Shown here: positions 50,553 through 59,767 of the stretch, in pieces | Position numbering within the stretch: the stretch's first letter is position 1 | How the letters are laid out: each line of letters starts with the position of its first letter | DNA from: Candidatus Poribacteria bacterium | GTDB lineage: Bacteria > Poribacteria > WGA-4E > PCPOR2b | NCBI GenBank assembly: GCA_965116925.1 | Contig: OZ220744.1 | Span: 4,544,001 to 4,608,000, forward strand | DNA length: 64,000 nt | Reading direction: 5' to 3' | The notes under the pieces: generated by a model | What the model was told of the DNA's origin: nothing | What the model saw: the letters and a program-made list of their open reading frames with translations, nothing else | Database searches by the model: none | Position numbers and translations under genes: made by a program

Positions 50553-51344
50553 TTAGTGTGAGGCTTTAATTTGTCCCCATGTTGTAGTAAGGCTGTTGGC
50601 AGGATTGACGGATAAGAATGCGTCTTGTCCTGTCTCCATATTTGCCTTAATCTCCTCTTCACTCAGCTGCCGCGTCCAGAAGCGGAATTCATCGAGGAGG
50701 CCTGTGTATGGGTTGTTCCCATCAACGCGCTGTCCGAGATGGATGCCGAAAGCCTGATTTCTGGTAACAGAAGCCTCGTCTCCCTTACCTGAGCCGACTT
50801 TTCTGCCATCAACATATATGTCGAGTGTAGCACCTCTGCGGACAAAAGCGTAATGGTGCCACTGGCCATCATTATACGCCTTTGGCGTTTCCACGATGGG
50901 GCCATTAGGTTCTACACCATCCCAGAAGAGACATGTGATATTATTTGGGGGATGCGTTCTGATCCAGAACTGCGGTTCGCCACCACCGACATTGAATCCC
51001 CATATTAAACTTCCAGCATTTGCCTGTTCGTCATAATTGAACCAAATCTCTGTAGAGAAGTCGTCAGCCCCAACATCCATGGAGTCATGCCAAGGCATGT
51101 CTACAAAGCTTTTGCCATCCAGTTCAATTGCGCCGCCGTGTTTTCCGTTGGCAACAAACTTGGCATCCTGAATTAACTTACCGTCATTTACCCCCAAGGG
51201 GCTCAAATCTTCTGCCACATTTCCCTTCCCTTCATCCATTGGGAGGTAGATAACCAAACCGTCAGTGTCTGCCGCGGTGTGTCCCACGATAGGTATAAAC
51301 ACAAGGACAATGACTAACAATGCTGCAATGACATAGTTAAACAT
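50553..51344 (-). CDS. Secreted LamG/concanavalin-like domain protein
   Basis: Signal peptide, LVIYLPMDEG, WHHYAF, YVDG, GLLDEFRFW, C-terminal SVNPANSLTTTWGQIK. Confidence 0.88.
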   Translation of the reverse strand: MFNYVIAALLVIVLVFIPIVGHTAADTDGLVIYLPMDEGKGNVAEDLSPLGVNDGKLIQDAKFVANGKHGGAIELDGKSFVDMPWHDSMDVGADDFSTEIWFNYDEQANAGSLIWGFNVGGGEPQFWIRTHPPNNITCLFWDGVEPNGPIVETPKAYNDGQWHHYAFVRRGATLDIYVDGRKVGSGKGDEASVTRNQAFGIHLGQRVDGNNPYTGLLDEFRFWTRQLSEEEIKANMETGQDAFLSVNPANSLTTTWGQIKASH

Positions 51345-51797
51345 CAGTTGTTCCTCCTTTGACATATTCTCAGACCTAAAGGATTTGGCTACTTCCAAAT
51401 CCGTTTGTTAGTGAGATTTTGTTATTGATAACATTTGCTATTCAAAGGTAGTTTGACGGCGCCTTCCCGATGCAAGGTTGGGGCTGAGAAGCGTGCCATG
51501 GACAGTGTTCTGCCCACATTTACAAGAAGATATTGTAATCCCGGTTTTTATGCCTAGTGATTACAAACCATAGTAACCACGAAACCCTTGTAAATACAAG
51601 GGTTTGGTTTCGTTGGGTTGTCCCTATCTCCGGCTCTTGACGGAGCGGCCAAGTCCTTACGAAACCTCCGGTTTGGTTGTATCGCGCTGATGCATGCCAA
51701 ACCGTGAATCCACGATTCTGTAAACGTTATCTCCACGCAACGGAATCGGGAATACAGTTAGTCTATCTCCCAAAGCTAGAGCATTGGGTTCTATAAC

Positions 51798-51940
51798 TAT
51801 AGTGGACCTTAGAATTAATGAGACACTCAAAACCTGCGCAGTTGGAAACAGCACCTACCGGATTAGAGTGAATCCGGTGCGGTTACAAAACGCACCTACC
51901 GGGGGGCGAAAGTGGCTATTTATTTTTTCAATTCACTATA
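51798..51940. mobile_element. MITE family A copy 4 (143 bp) with an extra REP-like unit
   Basis: TATAGTGGACCTTAGAATTAATGAGACAC...AATTCACTATA; two ...CACCTACC hairpins inside. Confidence 0.82.
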
Positions 51941-52053
51941 AAGTGTCAAAAATTTTGAAGAATCGTGTTGTTCAACACGATGTTAAGTGCCAATCCATTA
52001 GAAGATAGTAATTGCGATTGAGAACGTTTTACCGGTCAATGCTATTAACGCGA

Positions 52054-52887
52054 TCACTCAAATCGGGCTTTGATCTGTCCCCAAGTTGTGGTTAGCATAC
52101 CATCGGGAGAAACACCCAGAAGCGGACCGAATCCCAACTTCATGTTGTCTTTTATCTCATTGACGGGCAGTGCACGATTCCAGACGCGCACCTCATCGAT
52201 GATGCCGTGGAAGTTTCTGAAACCAGCAAAACTCCCGCCGATTCGGAGGTCATTGTCAACATCTTTTAATGGGAGCGCCTCGTTTCCTTTATCCTCGAAC
52301 ACCAGTTTTCCATTGAGGTAAACGCGGTGCTCGCCCTCCTTCCAAGTCCCTGCGGCGTGATACCAGACATCGTTATTTACCTCAGCCTCCGGGTTCGGGT
52401 CATTGTTTTTCCTTGACCCCTTTTCTACGCTGAGTTGGAGGGTAAGTTTGACACCGTGCTTTCTAAACTTGAGCGCAAAGCCACCGCGCAACGGATCGCA
52501 GTCGCAACTATCGTTAGTAATTGACTCCTTGGCGATGAGTCGCGGAGCGGTAGAGATGCCCTCTCCTTTCATCAGGAACCAGCACTCGGCTGTGCCTGCG
52601 GATTCATGCAATTGAAGTTCCTTAGAATTTTTCGTTTCGATAATGACAACATCATCATCGCCATCAAATTCTATCGCCTTGCCATGCTTGCCCGGAACCC
52701 ATTGTGGTCCCCCTTCGAGTTTACCATGGTTTCCGAGTCGAGTCCGATCAAACGCTGTATCACCCTCCCCTTCATTAAATGGGAGGTAAAGGATCAAAGA
52801 GTCGTCATTTGCATATTTCTGGGCGTTGGTCAAAGATGGAAAGATTAACAGGCTGCCTATCGCGAAAGTGAGAAACAATATCCTCAT
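52054..52887 (-). CDS. Secreted LamG domain protein (paralog 1)
   Basis: Start MRILF; LYLPFNEGEG, WYHAAGTW, GIIDEVRVWNRAL, GVSPDGMLTTTWGQIK. Confidence 0.9.
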   Translation of the reverse strand: MRILFLTFAIGSLLIFPSLTNAQKYANDDSLILYLPFNEGEGDTAFDRTRLGNHGKLEGGPQWVPGKHGKAIEFDGDDDVVIIETKNSKELQLHESAGTAECWFLMKGEGISTAPRLIAKESITNDSCDCDPLRGGFALKFRKHGVKLTLQLSVEKGSRKNNDPNPEAEVNNDVWYHAAGTWKEGEHRVYLNGKLVFEDKGNEALPLKDVDNDLRIGGSFAGFRNFHGIIDEVRVWNRALPVNEIKDNMKLGFGPLLGVSPDGMLTTTWGQIKARFE

Positions 52888-53115
52888 GACTTTATCCTCT
52901 GAGATTTGGGTGTCGAGATATGAATCTCGACCTATAGGTTGAGCGCGGTGAAATCCCGATAGATTGGGATACTCGGAACGGCATCGGGAGATGCCCCGCC
53001 TACGCGTTGTCAAATGTCAACACACCCTAAATAGGATGTTGAGTACGAATCTATTACGATTACGAGATAGCAAGTGCAATCGGGAACGCGTTGCCGGTCA
53101 ATGCTATTAACGCAA

Positions 53116-53946
53116 TCACTCAAATCGTGCTTTGATCTGTCCCCAAGTAGTGGTTAACATACCCTCGGGAGAAACCCCCAGCAGTGAACCGAATCCCAAC
53201 TTCATGTTGTCTTTTATCTCATTTATGGGTAGCGCGCGATTCCAAACGCGCACTTCATCAATGATGCCTTGAAAGTTTCTGAGACCTGCGAAAGTCCCAC
53301 CGATTCGGAGGTCGTTGTCTACATCTTTCAGTGGGAGTGCCTGGTTTCCCTCATCCTCGAACACCAATTTCCCATTGAGGTAAACACGATGCTCGCCCTC
53401 CTCCCAGGTCCCGGCGACGTGATACCAGACATCGTTGTTTATAATAGCGTCCGGATTCGGGTCATTGTTTTTCCTTGACCCCTTTTCCACGCTGAGTTGG
53501 ATGTTAAATTTTCCGTGTTTTCTAAACTTGAGCGCAAAGCCACCGCGCAACGCGTCGCAGTCGCAATGATCGTTAGTAATTGATTCCTTAGCGATGAGTC
53601 GCGGAGCGGTAGAGATGCCCTCTCCTTTCATCAGGAACCAACACTCGGCTGTGCCTGCGGATTTATGCAATTGGAGTTCATTGGAATTTTTCGTTTCGAT
53701 GATCACAACATCGTCATCACCATCAAATTCTATTGCCTTGCCATGCTTTCCTGGCACCCATTGTGGACCCCCTTCGAGTTTACCATGGTTGCCAAGTTTA
53801 GTGCGATCAAAAGCTGTATCTCCCTCTCCTTCATTAAGTGGGAGGTACAGGATCAGAGAGTCGTCATTTGCATATTTCTGGGCGTTGGTCAAAGATGGAA
53901 GGATTAACAGGCTGCCTATCGCGAAAGTGAGCAACAATGTCCTCAT
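53116..53946 (-). CDS. Secreted LamG domain protein (paralog 2)
   Basis: Near-identical to paralog 1; AGGAGG RBS. Confidence 0.9.
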   Translation of the reverse strand: MRTLLLTFAIGSLLILPSLTNAQKYANDDSLILYLPLNEGEGDTAFDRTKLGNHGKLEGGPQWVPGKHGKAIEFDGDDDVVIIETKNSNELQLHKSAGTAECWFLMKGEGISTAPRLIAKESITNDHCDCDALRGGFALKFRKHGKFNIQLSVEKGSRKNNDPNPDAIINNDVWYHVAGTWEEGEHRVYLNGKLVFEDEGNQALPLKDVDNDLRIGGTFAGLRNFQGIIDEVRVWNRALPINEIKDNMKLGFGSLLGVSPEGMLTTTWGQIKARFE

Positions 53947-54645
53947 AACCGTATCCTCCTATTCCTAGGTTTCAGTTAATTTCTAACTTTCACACACTAC
54001 AACAAAATAGGGGAGATATACCCCAAAACGGTTAAGGAATGAGAATTTAACTACTGATACGTTTCGACCAACTCTTCCTCTTGCGAAGGAGAAATCAGAG
54101 CAGGTTAATGATGGAGTTATTTGGTTGCCAGTCCCAAATAACCTCTAACCTCACTGTGGATAGTATCCTTGATGGAGCTGCATGAATTGGAAACAGATAG
54201 TTCAAGCTCGAGTAATATTATAACACAGATTCCGGAAAAATAGAACATAAACTGCATTTGTAGCTGCAAGATACGAATGTTAGCAAAATTCCAACACAGT
54301 TTTTCATATCTTTCTGAGATTTTACCATTTTTTTGTAACTGTTTTGAATCTGTGCTATAATATCGACGGTTCTAGTCCAAAAGTACGATAAGAAATTGTT
54401 CGACAGTTTTGAGTGCTATCTTCCCCGTTTCATAGTGGGTTATGTGTATGTTTTGGAAAGATTAAAAGAGAGCGGTACTAATAGTCCATTCAAACCCTAA
54501 CGTCGGAGAAATGAGCCAGCGAGCGGCAGAGCCTGTCTCTGATGTAATCAAGACGCTGTGGTGCACCTCCAAACTAATTTCGTGGAGCAGTCACAGAAGG
54601 TAAAGGTTAAAATTACTGACAAATAGTAAATAGGAGGACAAGGTT

Positions 54646-55473
54646 ATGAAGACACTGTTTCTCGTTTTGGCGATAGCTAGTCTTTTGATGTTTCCGTCTT
54701 TAGCTCCTAGTCAGAAATATGCAAATGATGAATCTTTAATCCTGTACCTTCCATTTAATGAAGGGGAAGGAGATACGGCCTTTGATAGGTCCAGATTTGG
54801 TCACGACGGTAAGTTAGATGCACCAAAATGGGTTCCGGGCAAGTTTGGCAAGGCGTTAGAGTTTGATGGAGAAGATGATGTTGTCATCATTGAAACGAAA
54901 GATTCTAAGGAACTCCAGATGGAAGGCTCAGACGGTACACTGGAGTGTTGGTTTATGATGAAAGGAGAAGGCAACGCAAATCTTCCTCGACTTATTGCCA
55001 AAGAATCGGTGACCAACGACTGGGTTGTCACGCACGGACGCGGCGGTTATACACTCCGGTTTCAAAAGTATTCTAAGTTTAACCTCCAACTCAGTGTGGA
55101 GGAGGGATCACGGGAGATCAATAAAGAGAAAAAGGAGGCTGGTGTAGATTTCAATGTCTGGTATCATGCTGCCGGCACCTGGAAGAAGGCTGAGCAACGT
55201 GTTTATCTCAATGGGAAGTTGGTAAATGAGGATAAGGCGGCAGATCTGACATTTCCAGTGGAAGATAAGGAGAATGACCTGCGAATCGGGGGAACTTTCG
55301 CAGGGTTCAGAAACTTCCACGGCATCATCGATGAGGTGCGCATCTGGAATCGTGCGCTGCCTGTGAATGAGATAAAAGACAACATGAAGCTAGGGGTTGG
55401 TCCGCTTCTAAGCGTTTCTCCGGCTGGGCAGCTAACCACGGCTTGGGGACGGATCAAAGCATGGCGAAAGTGA
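54646..55473 (+). CDS. Secreted LamG domain protein (paralog 3, inverted)
   Basis: Same scaffold; C-terminal SVSPAGQLTTAWGRIK. Confidence 0.9.
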   Translation: MKTLFLVLAIASLLMFPSLAPSQKYANDESLILYLPFNEGEGDTAFDRSRFGHDGKLDAPKWVPGKFGKALEFDGEDDVVIIETKDSKELQMEGSDGTLECWFMMKGEGNANLPRLIAKESVTNDWVVTHGRGGYTLRFQKYSKFNLQLSVEEGSREINKEKKEAGVDFNVWYHAAGTWKKAEQRVYLNGKLVNEDKAADLTFPVEDKENDLRIGGTFAGFRNFHGIIDEVRIWNRALPVNEIKDNMKLGVGPLLSVSPAGQLTTAWGRIKAWRK

Positions 55474-55552
55474 TAAAGATTCTGGCATACTCCAAGCCCA
55501 AACGTCTTCGCCTGAATTTGCTATCACACATAAAGAGAGGTGATCCCCCGGA

Positions 55553-56644
55553 TCAGAAGCGGATGAGTCCGCGTGCAACTTCCCCGTTCAGCATGTCATC
55601 AAACGCTTCATTCACCTCTTCTAATTGGTAGGTTCGGGTAATCAGTTCATCCAACTTGAGAATACCAGCGCGATAAAGCGCAAGTAGACGTGGCATGTCA
55701 TAGCGGGGACGCGCCGAACCGTAGTTACTGCCCATTATCGTTTTTTCACCCCAGAACACAATCGCTGCGTCGAGGGACAGCGGTTCGAGAGGTGGCGCAC
55801 CAACCCAGATCGCTTTTCCTCGATTGCGTATTGCTTGCACTGTTTGTTCATAGGTGGTGCGTGTGCCGATCGCCTCAAACGCATAATCTGCGCCCAACCC
55901 ATCTGTCAAGGCTTGAATCTCTGGGATCGGATCGACTTCGCTGGCGTTGATTGTGTGCGTGGCACCAAACTGGCGTGCCATTTCCAGCTTTGCGTCCACC
56001 AGATCGACTACAATAATTCTCTCAGCACCGGCGATGGCTGCTCCCTGAACGACGTTTAAGCCGATGCCGCCGGCACCAAAAAGCACGACGCTACTTCCTG
56101 GCCTCACTTGAGCGGTATTGGTCGCTGCACAAACCCCTGTTGTGACACTACAACCGATGAGGGCAGCCGTATCCAGCGAGATGTCATCATCGAGCGGGAT
56201 AGCGCATTCCTGCGGAATCACGCTGTATTCTGCAAAGGAAGCCACCATCCCAAAATGGTAGATGGGCACCCCATTCTTTTTATAACGCGTTGTGCCGTCA
56301 AGCAGGTTTCCACGTCCGCCCTGTCTTGACTTCATGCAGAGATTGCCATACCCTTGCGTGCAATAGCTACAGTGACCGCACGATGGAACCCATGAGAGAA
56401 TCACGCGATCACCCGGTTTCACTAGGGTAACGCCTGAACCGACCTCCTCGACCACGCCTGCACCTTCATCTCCTAACACGATAGGGAACGGAACACTCAA
56501 CAGGCCGGTGATTGCGTGGTGGCAGCTATGGCAGACGCCAGTCGCTGCCATCTTGACAACAATTTCACCTGCTTTGGGCGCTTCCATCTCGATATCTTCT
56601 ACGACAACCGGTTGGTTCAGTCCATATAAAACAGCAGCTTTCAT
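55553..56644 (-). CDS. Zn-dependent alcohol dehydrogenase
   Basis: GVCHS, GDEGAG, CGHCSYC...C, GCSVTTG, GAGGIG. Confidence 0.93.
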   Translation of the reverse strand: MKAAVLYGLNQPVVVEDIEMEAPKAGEIVVKMAATGVCHSCHHAITGLLSVPFPIVLGDEGAGVVEEVGSGVTLVKPGDRVILSWVPSCGHCSYCTQGYGNLCMKSRQGGRGNLLDGTTRYKKNGVPIYHFGMVASFAEYSVIPQECAIPLDDDISLDTAALIGCSVTTGVCAATNTAQVRPGSSVVLFGAGGIGLNVVQGAAIAGAERIIVVDLVDAKLEMARQFGATHTINASEVDPIPEIQALTDGLGADYAFEAIGTRTTYEQTVQAIRNRGKAIWVGAPPLEPLSLDAAIVFWGEKTIMGSNYGSARPRYDMPRLLALYRAGILKLDELITRTYQLEEVNEAFDDMLNGEVARGLIRF

Positions 56645-56702
56645 AATTTTTTTCTCCAGTGGTTAGGCTATTCCTCGATCTTTGCTCATTTGTAACGGCA
56701 GA

Positions 56703-56777
56703 CTAGAGTTCAATGTAAACGACTTGGTGAGGTCGAATAGACAGTAATGCTTTGCGTAGTTTCGGTATCATCGGTAG
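56703..56777 (-). pseudogene. Probable C-terminal remnant of a DUF5615 PIN-like toxin
   Basis: Minus strand reads LPMIPKLRKALLSIRPHQVVYIEL* directly after the DUF433 gene. Confidence 0.5.
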
Positions 56778-57004
56778 ATTACCAGCATCTCCTTTGCCAG
56801 TTCCAATGTTTGGATAGCTTGGTCACGACTTACAGAAGGAAAATCATCCAAGAATTCGTCAAGGCTATCGCCGGCTTCCAAATAGTCCATCAGGTTTTTG
56901 ATGGGAACGCGTGTACTCTTAAACACAGGTGTACCCGAAAGAATTTCGTCATCACATGTGATGACGCTGTCCATTGAGATCGTTTTTCGTTCTTTAGGCT
57001 TCAT
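56768..57004 (-). CDS. DUF433 domain protein (antitoxin-like)
   Basis: ILSGTPVFKSTRVPI, LEAGDSLDEFLDDFPSV. Confidence 0.9.
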   Translation of the reverse strand: MKPKERKTISMDSVITCDDEILSGTPVFKSTRVPIKNLMDYLEAGDSLDEFLDDFPSVSRDQAIQTLELAKEMLVIYR

Positions 57005-57037
57005 GATTTGCTACCTTCTTCTAAAGCGAGGGCAAAG

Positions 57038-57496
57038 CTACTGCATATCGCGAATTATTGTCGCCAAACGGATGCGTTGCTCCAACAGTTCAAGTTTTAC
57101 TTCTGTCTCATCACTGTCTGTTGCGGTAGCCCTTGACATAATCCACTGGAGCTGTTCCTCGTGCATGGCTTTGTACTCGCGAAACTCCCTGATCGCGATA
57201 TTAGGTTGATTTTGTGCTACTGCGAGTTGAAGCCGTGCTTCAGATAGTTTAAGTTGTGCTTCTCTTACTTCTATAGAGGTGATAAGTCCAATATCCTCTT
57301 TAGTTTCCGCCTGCAAAAGTGTTTGTTCACGTAATTCGACGGTTTCTTGAAGTGCTTGGATAATCTCTTGTTGCATCTGAGCCTTAAGCCCAGCACCTTG
57401 AGCAGGGGTTGAAGACGAAGATAGGTTCAGAATAACGATGACCGAACCGATAGCAGTCAAAATACTAAGGCTGGCGATGATGTGGCGGGAAAACAT
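57038..57496 (-). CDS. Hypothetical exported or membrane-anchored coiled-coil protein
   Basis: N-terminal hydrophobic segment; helical, Glu/Gln/Leu-rich; AGGAGG RBS. Confidence 0.7.
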   Translation of the reverse strand: MFSRHIIASLSILTAIGSVIVILNLSSSSTPAQGAGLKAQMQQEIIQALQETVELREQTLLQAETKEDIGLITSIEVREAQLKLSEARLQLAVAQNQPNIAIREFREYKAMHEEQLQWIMSRATATDSDETEVKLELLEQRIRLATIIRDMQ

Positions 57497-57729
57497 AGCG
57501 ATTCCTCCTAACTTCTTACTCGATTGTATTTCTGTCGTATAATGTCAGATAGAACCAAATCCGACAAAGTGGTGCTCGGTTGCACAACCTTACCAACATT
57601 TTAACATTTTCAGTTAAGCCAATACCAACCAAATTGAATAACAAAGCCAGATTGCTAATGAGTTATATCAGTTTTTGTTATCTCCATTTGAAACAGAATA
57701 CGGCATACTGTGAAGGTATACCCCAGTAT

Positions 57730-59748
57730 CTACCGTGAGCCGCCAAAGAAGATTCGCATGTGGATAATGTCGCCTACGATTGTCCAGAAACCCCCAACCA
57801 TATATCCTCCCAAAATCAGTCCCAGGAAGAATGGCCGCGCCTGTCGATGGAGCTTGAGCCCACCATATTTAAGGACAATCCACTTGGCGATAAAGCCGAT
57901 AAGAACAGAGAACCAGAAGACATTAATGTCATGACTATTGGAAATGGCGTACCCCACCGGGTGAAACGGAAACCATAAAAATAACCTTCGCATCACAGTG
58001 AAGAAGAGGACAAACATAAAACCAACCCCTATAGCCCCTGCCCCGGTATAATCAAATTCAGACGGATTCAGCATCCAGTTCTGTAGGCGAACATACCCGG
58101 CATTTGCAAATCGTTCAAGGGAGCTACCTCCGGACTCGAAAGCGATATGCAAATAGACCCAGAAGAAGCTGAGGGTTCCTACAATCAGGGCGAGGGTCAT
58201 AGCAATAACTAACCCGCTAGTACCTCTCCTTGTTCGATTGGCTAGAGCGAATCCTTCGATTTGATGGGGCATCGGGTGCGCGCGGTAGGTAAAGTTAAAA
58301 AAATTAAGCATTGTCAACACTGTTAAGTTCCGAGCACCGAAACGACGAGATCCCAGAACATCGGGCAGAATTTGATCGGGCCCCGTAAAGACAAAATCGT
58401 GAAACGGGGCACCGAATTCGGCTCGAATCCGCGTCACGCCAAGTGATACGAGGTAGTAGAGTATAAAAAAGGTGATACCGATCCAAACGGCGAGCCCTGC
58501 CCGCCAGAGAAAAAGTGTTAGGAAACCGATACCTCCGATAGTACCGAGGAGCGCGGTGCTATAGCGCATCGGTTCATGAGAATCGTCCAATCTGCTGTCG
58601 CCTAGTATACGCTTAACAACCGCGACGAGATGTCTCCAGTTTGACCACAATGCCACCAATACAATGCCGAGCAGCGCGCCAAATGACTGCTGAATTTGAA
58701 CAACGGCATAGGAACCCGCAACGAACTGAAGTCCCATTGCGACGACAACCACTTTCTGAATCTTCCAGAACCAATAGAAAATCCAGCAAGAAAAGGACAT
58801 CTCTAACGGCATAAAGAACGATAAACCAACCATTGGAAGAATAACCCCAGTTGGTATCCACCCCATTGCGTTCCACGGTTTGGCTGTGAAATATGTGCCT
58901 AAGTTGTGATAGTAAGGGCTCCACTTAATGGACGGGATGGTGGGAAAAATCCAACCCAACCCATTAATTAGTGCAACCCCACCCGAAATGCCAATCCCAA
59001 GCCACAATCCCTTATTCCTGAAGATTGCGGACGTCGAATCTGTCATCTCTAGGGGGAGCTGAATAATTGGATAGGATAGCTTCTCATTTTCAACCCATGC
59101 CCTTCTGACAATCACATTGATACAGATCATCACAAAAACGAGTACCACGACGAAAGCCGACCACCACAGACAGGGCATCAGCCAACTGTTAATATGTTTG
59201 TCAATATAGAGGGTTGAATCCCCCTTATAATACGTATCTAGTATATTTCTATCGCTGACCGAAAGCCATGACGGAATATGTCGCCAAAACAGTTCTCTCC
59301 ACTCATTTTCAGGCGTGGCGTGCCGGAAGGGGACCTCCATGATGGTTGTGAGCGTTTGCATCATTTGGAACGATTGAATCGCAGAGGTCAAACTGAGCAG
59401 AATATAGACTGTTATCAATTCCCCTTGGGTCAAAGCAAGTTGGGGTGCGAATCGCCTTAAGGGAAAGTTTAGAAGTAGCAGCACACCAATAATGAAGATG
59501 ACATTAAAGAAAGGCGATATAATTGTGGGAACGGATTGATACTGGTAGGGTTGTCGAGAAATTACCAGCCAATAGGCATTGATGGGGATTAAAATTAGAG
59601 CTAGCCATACAGCGCGCGTAGAAATCATTGATGGCAGAGAAGCGGCTGATGAACGTCTTGGGTTCATAGCTTCACCGAAAAAGGGATCCCGTGTTTGTGA
59701 GGCAGATTGGGAATCTGCCTCACAAAAGAGTTGCGTCTCTATCATCAA
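57730..59748 (-). CDS. Large polytopic membrane protein (DUF6785-like), paralog of 46187-48127
   Basis: Shared motifs QPYQYQ, EKLSYPIIQLPLEMT, TRIRAEFG, HPMPHQ, FPFHPVGY; true start may be 59667. Confidence 0.75.
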   Translation of the reverse strand: MMIETQLFCEADSQSASQTRDPFFGEAMNPRRSSAASLPSMISTRAVWLALILIPINAYWLVISRQPYQYQSVPTIISPFFNVIFIIGVLLLLNFPLRRFAPQLALTQGELITVYILLSLTSAIQSFQMMQTLTTIMEVPFRHATPENEWRELFWRHIPSWLSVSDRNILDTYYKGDSTLYIDKHINSWLMPCLWWSAFVVVLVFVMICINVIVRRAWVENEKLSYPIIQLPLEMTDSTSAIFRNKGLWLGIGISGGVALINGLGWIFPTIPSIKWSPYYHNLGTYFTAKPWNAMGWIPTGVILPMVGLSFFMPLEMSFSCWIFYWFWKIQKVVVVAMGLQFVAGSYAVVQIQQSFGALLGIVLVALWSNWRHLVAVVKRILGDSRLDDSHEPMRYSTALLGTIGGIGFLTLFLWRAGLAVWIGITFFILYYLVSLGVTRIRAEFGAPFHDFVFTGPDQILPDVLGSRRFGARNLTVLTMLNFFNFTYRAHPMPHQIEGFALANRTRRGTSGLVIAMTLALIVGTLSFFWVYLHIAFESGGSSLERFANAGYVRLQNWMLNPSEFDYTGAGAIGVGFMFVLFFTVMRRLFLWFPFHPVGYAISNSHDINVFWFSVLIGFIAKWIVLKYGGLKLHRQARPFFLGLILGGYMVGGFWTIVGDIIHMRIFFGGSR

Positions 59749-59767
59749 ATAGGATGAGGTGCATAGA

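Noticed and set aside
52054..55473. Diversity-generating retroelement template/variable repeats
   Set aside because: Whole genes are duplicated, differences are not adenine-specific and are often synonymous, and no reverse transcriptase is present.
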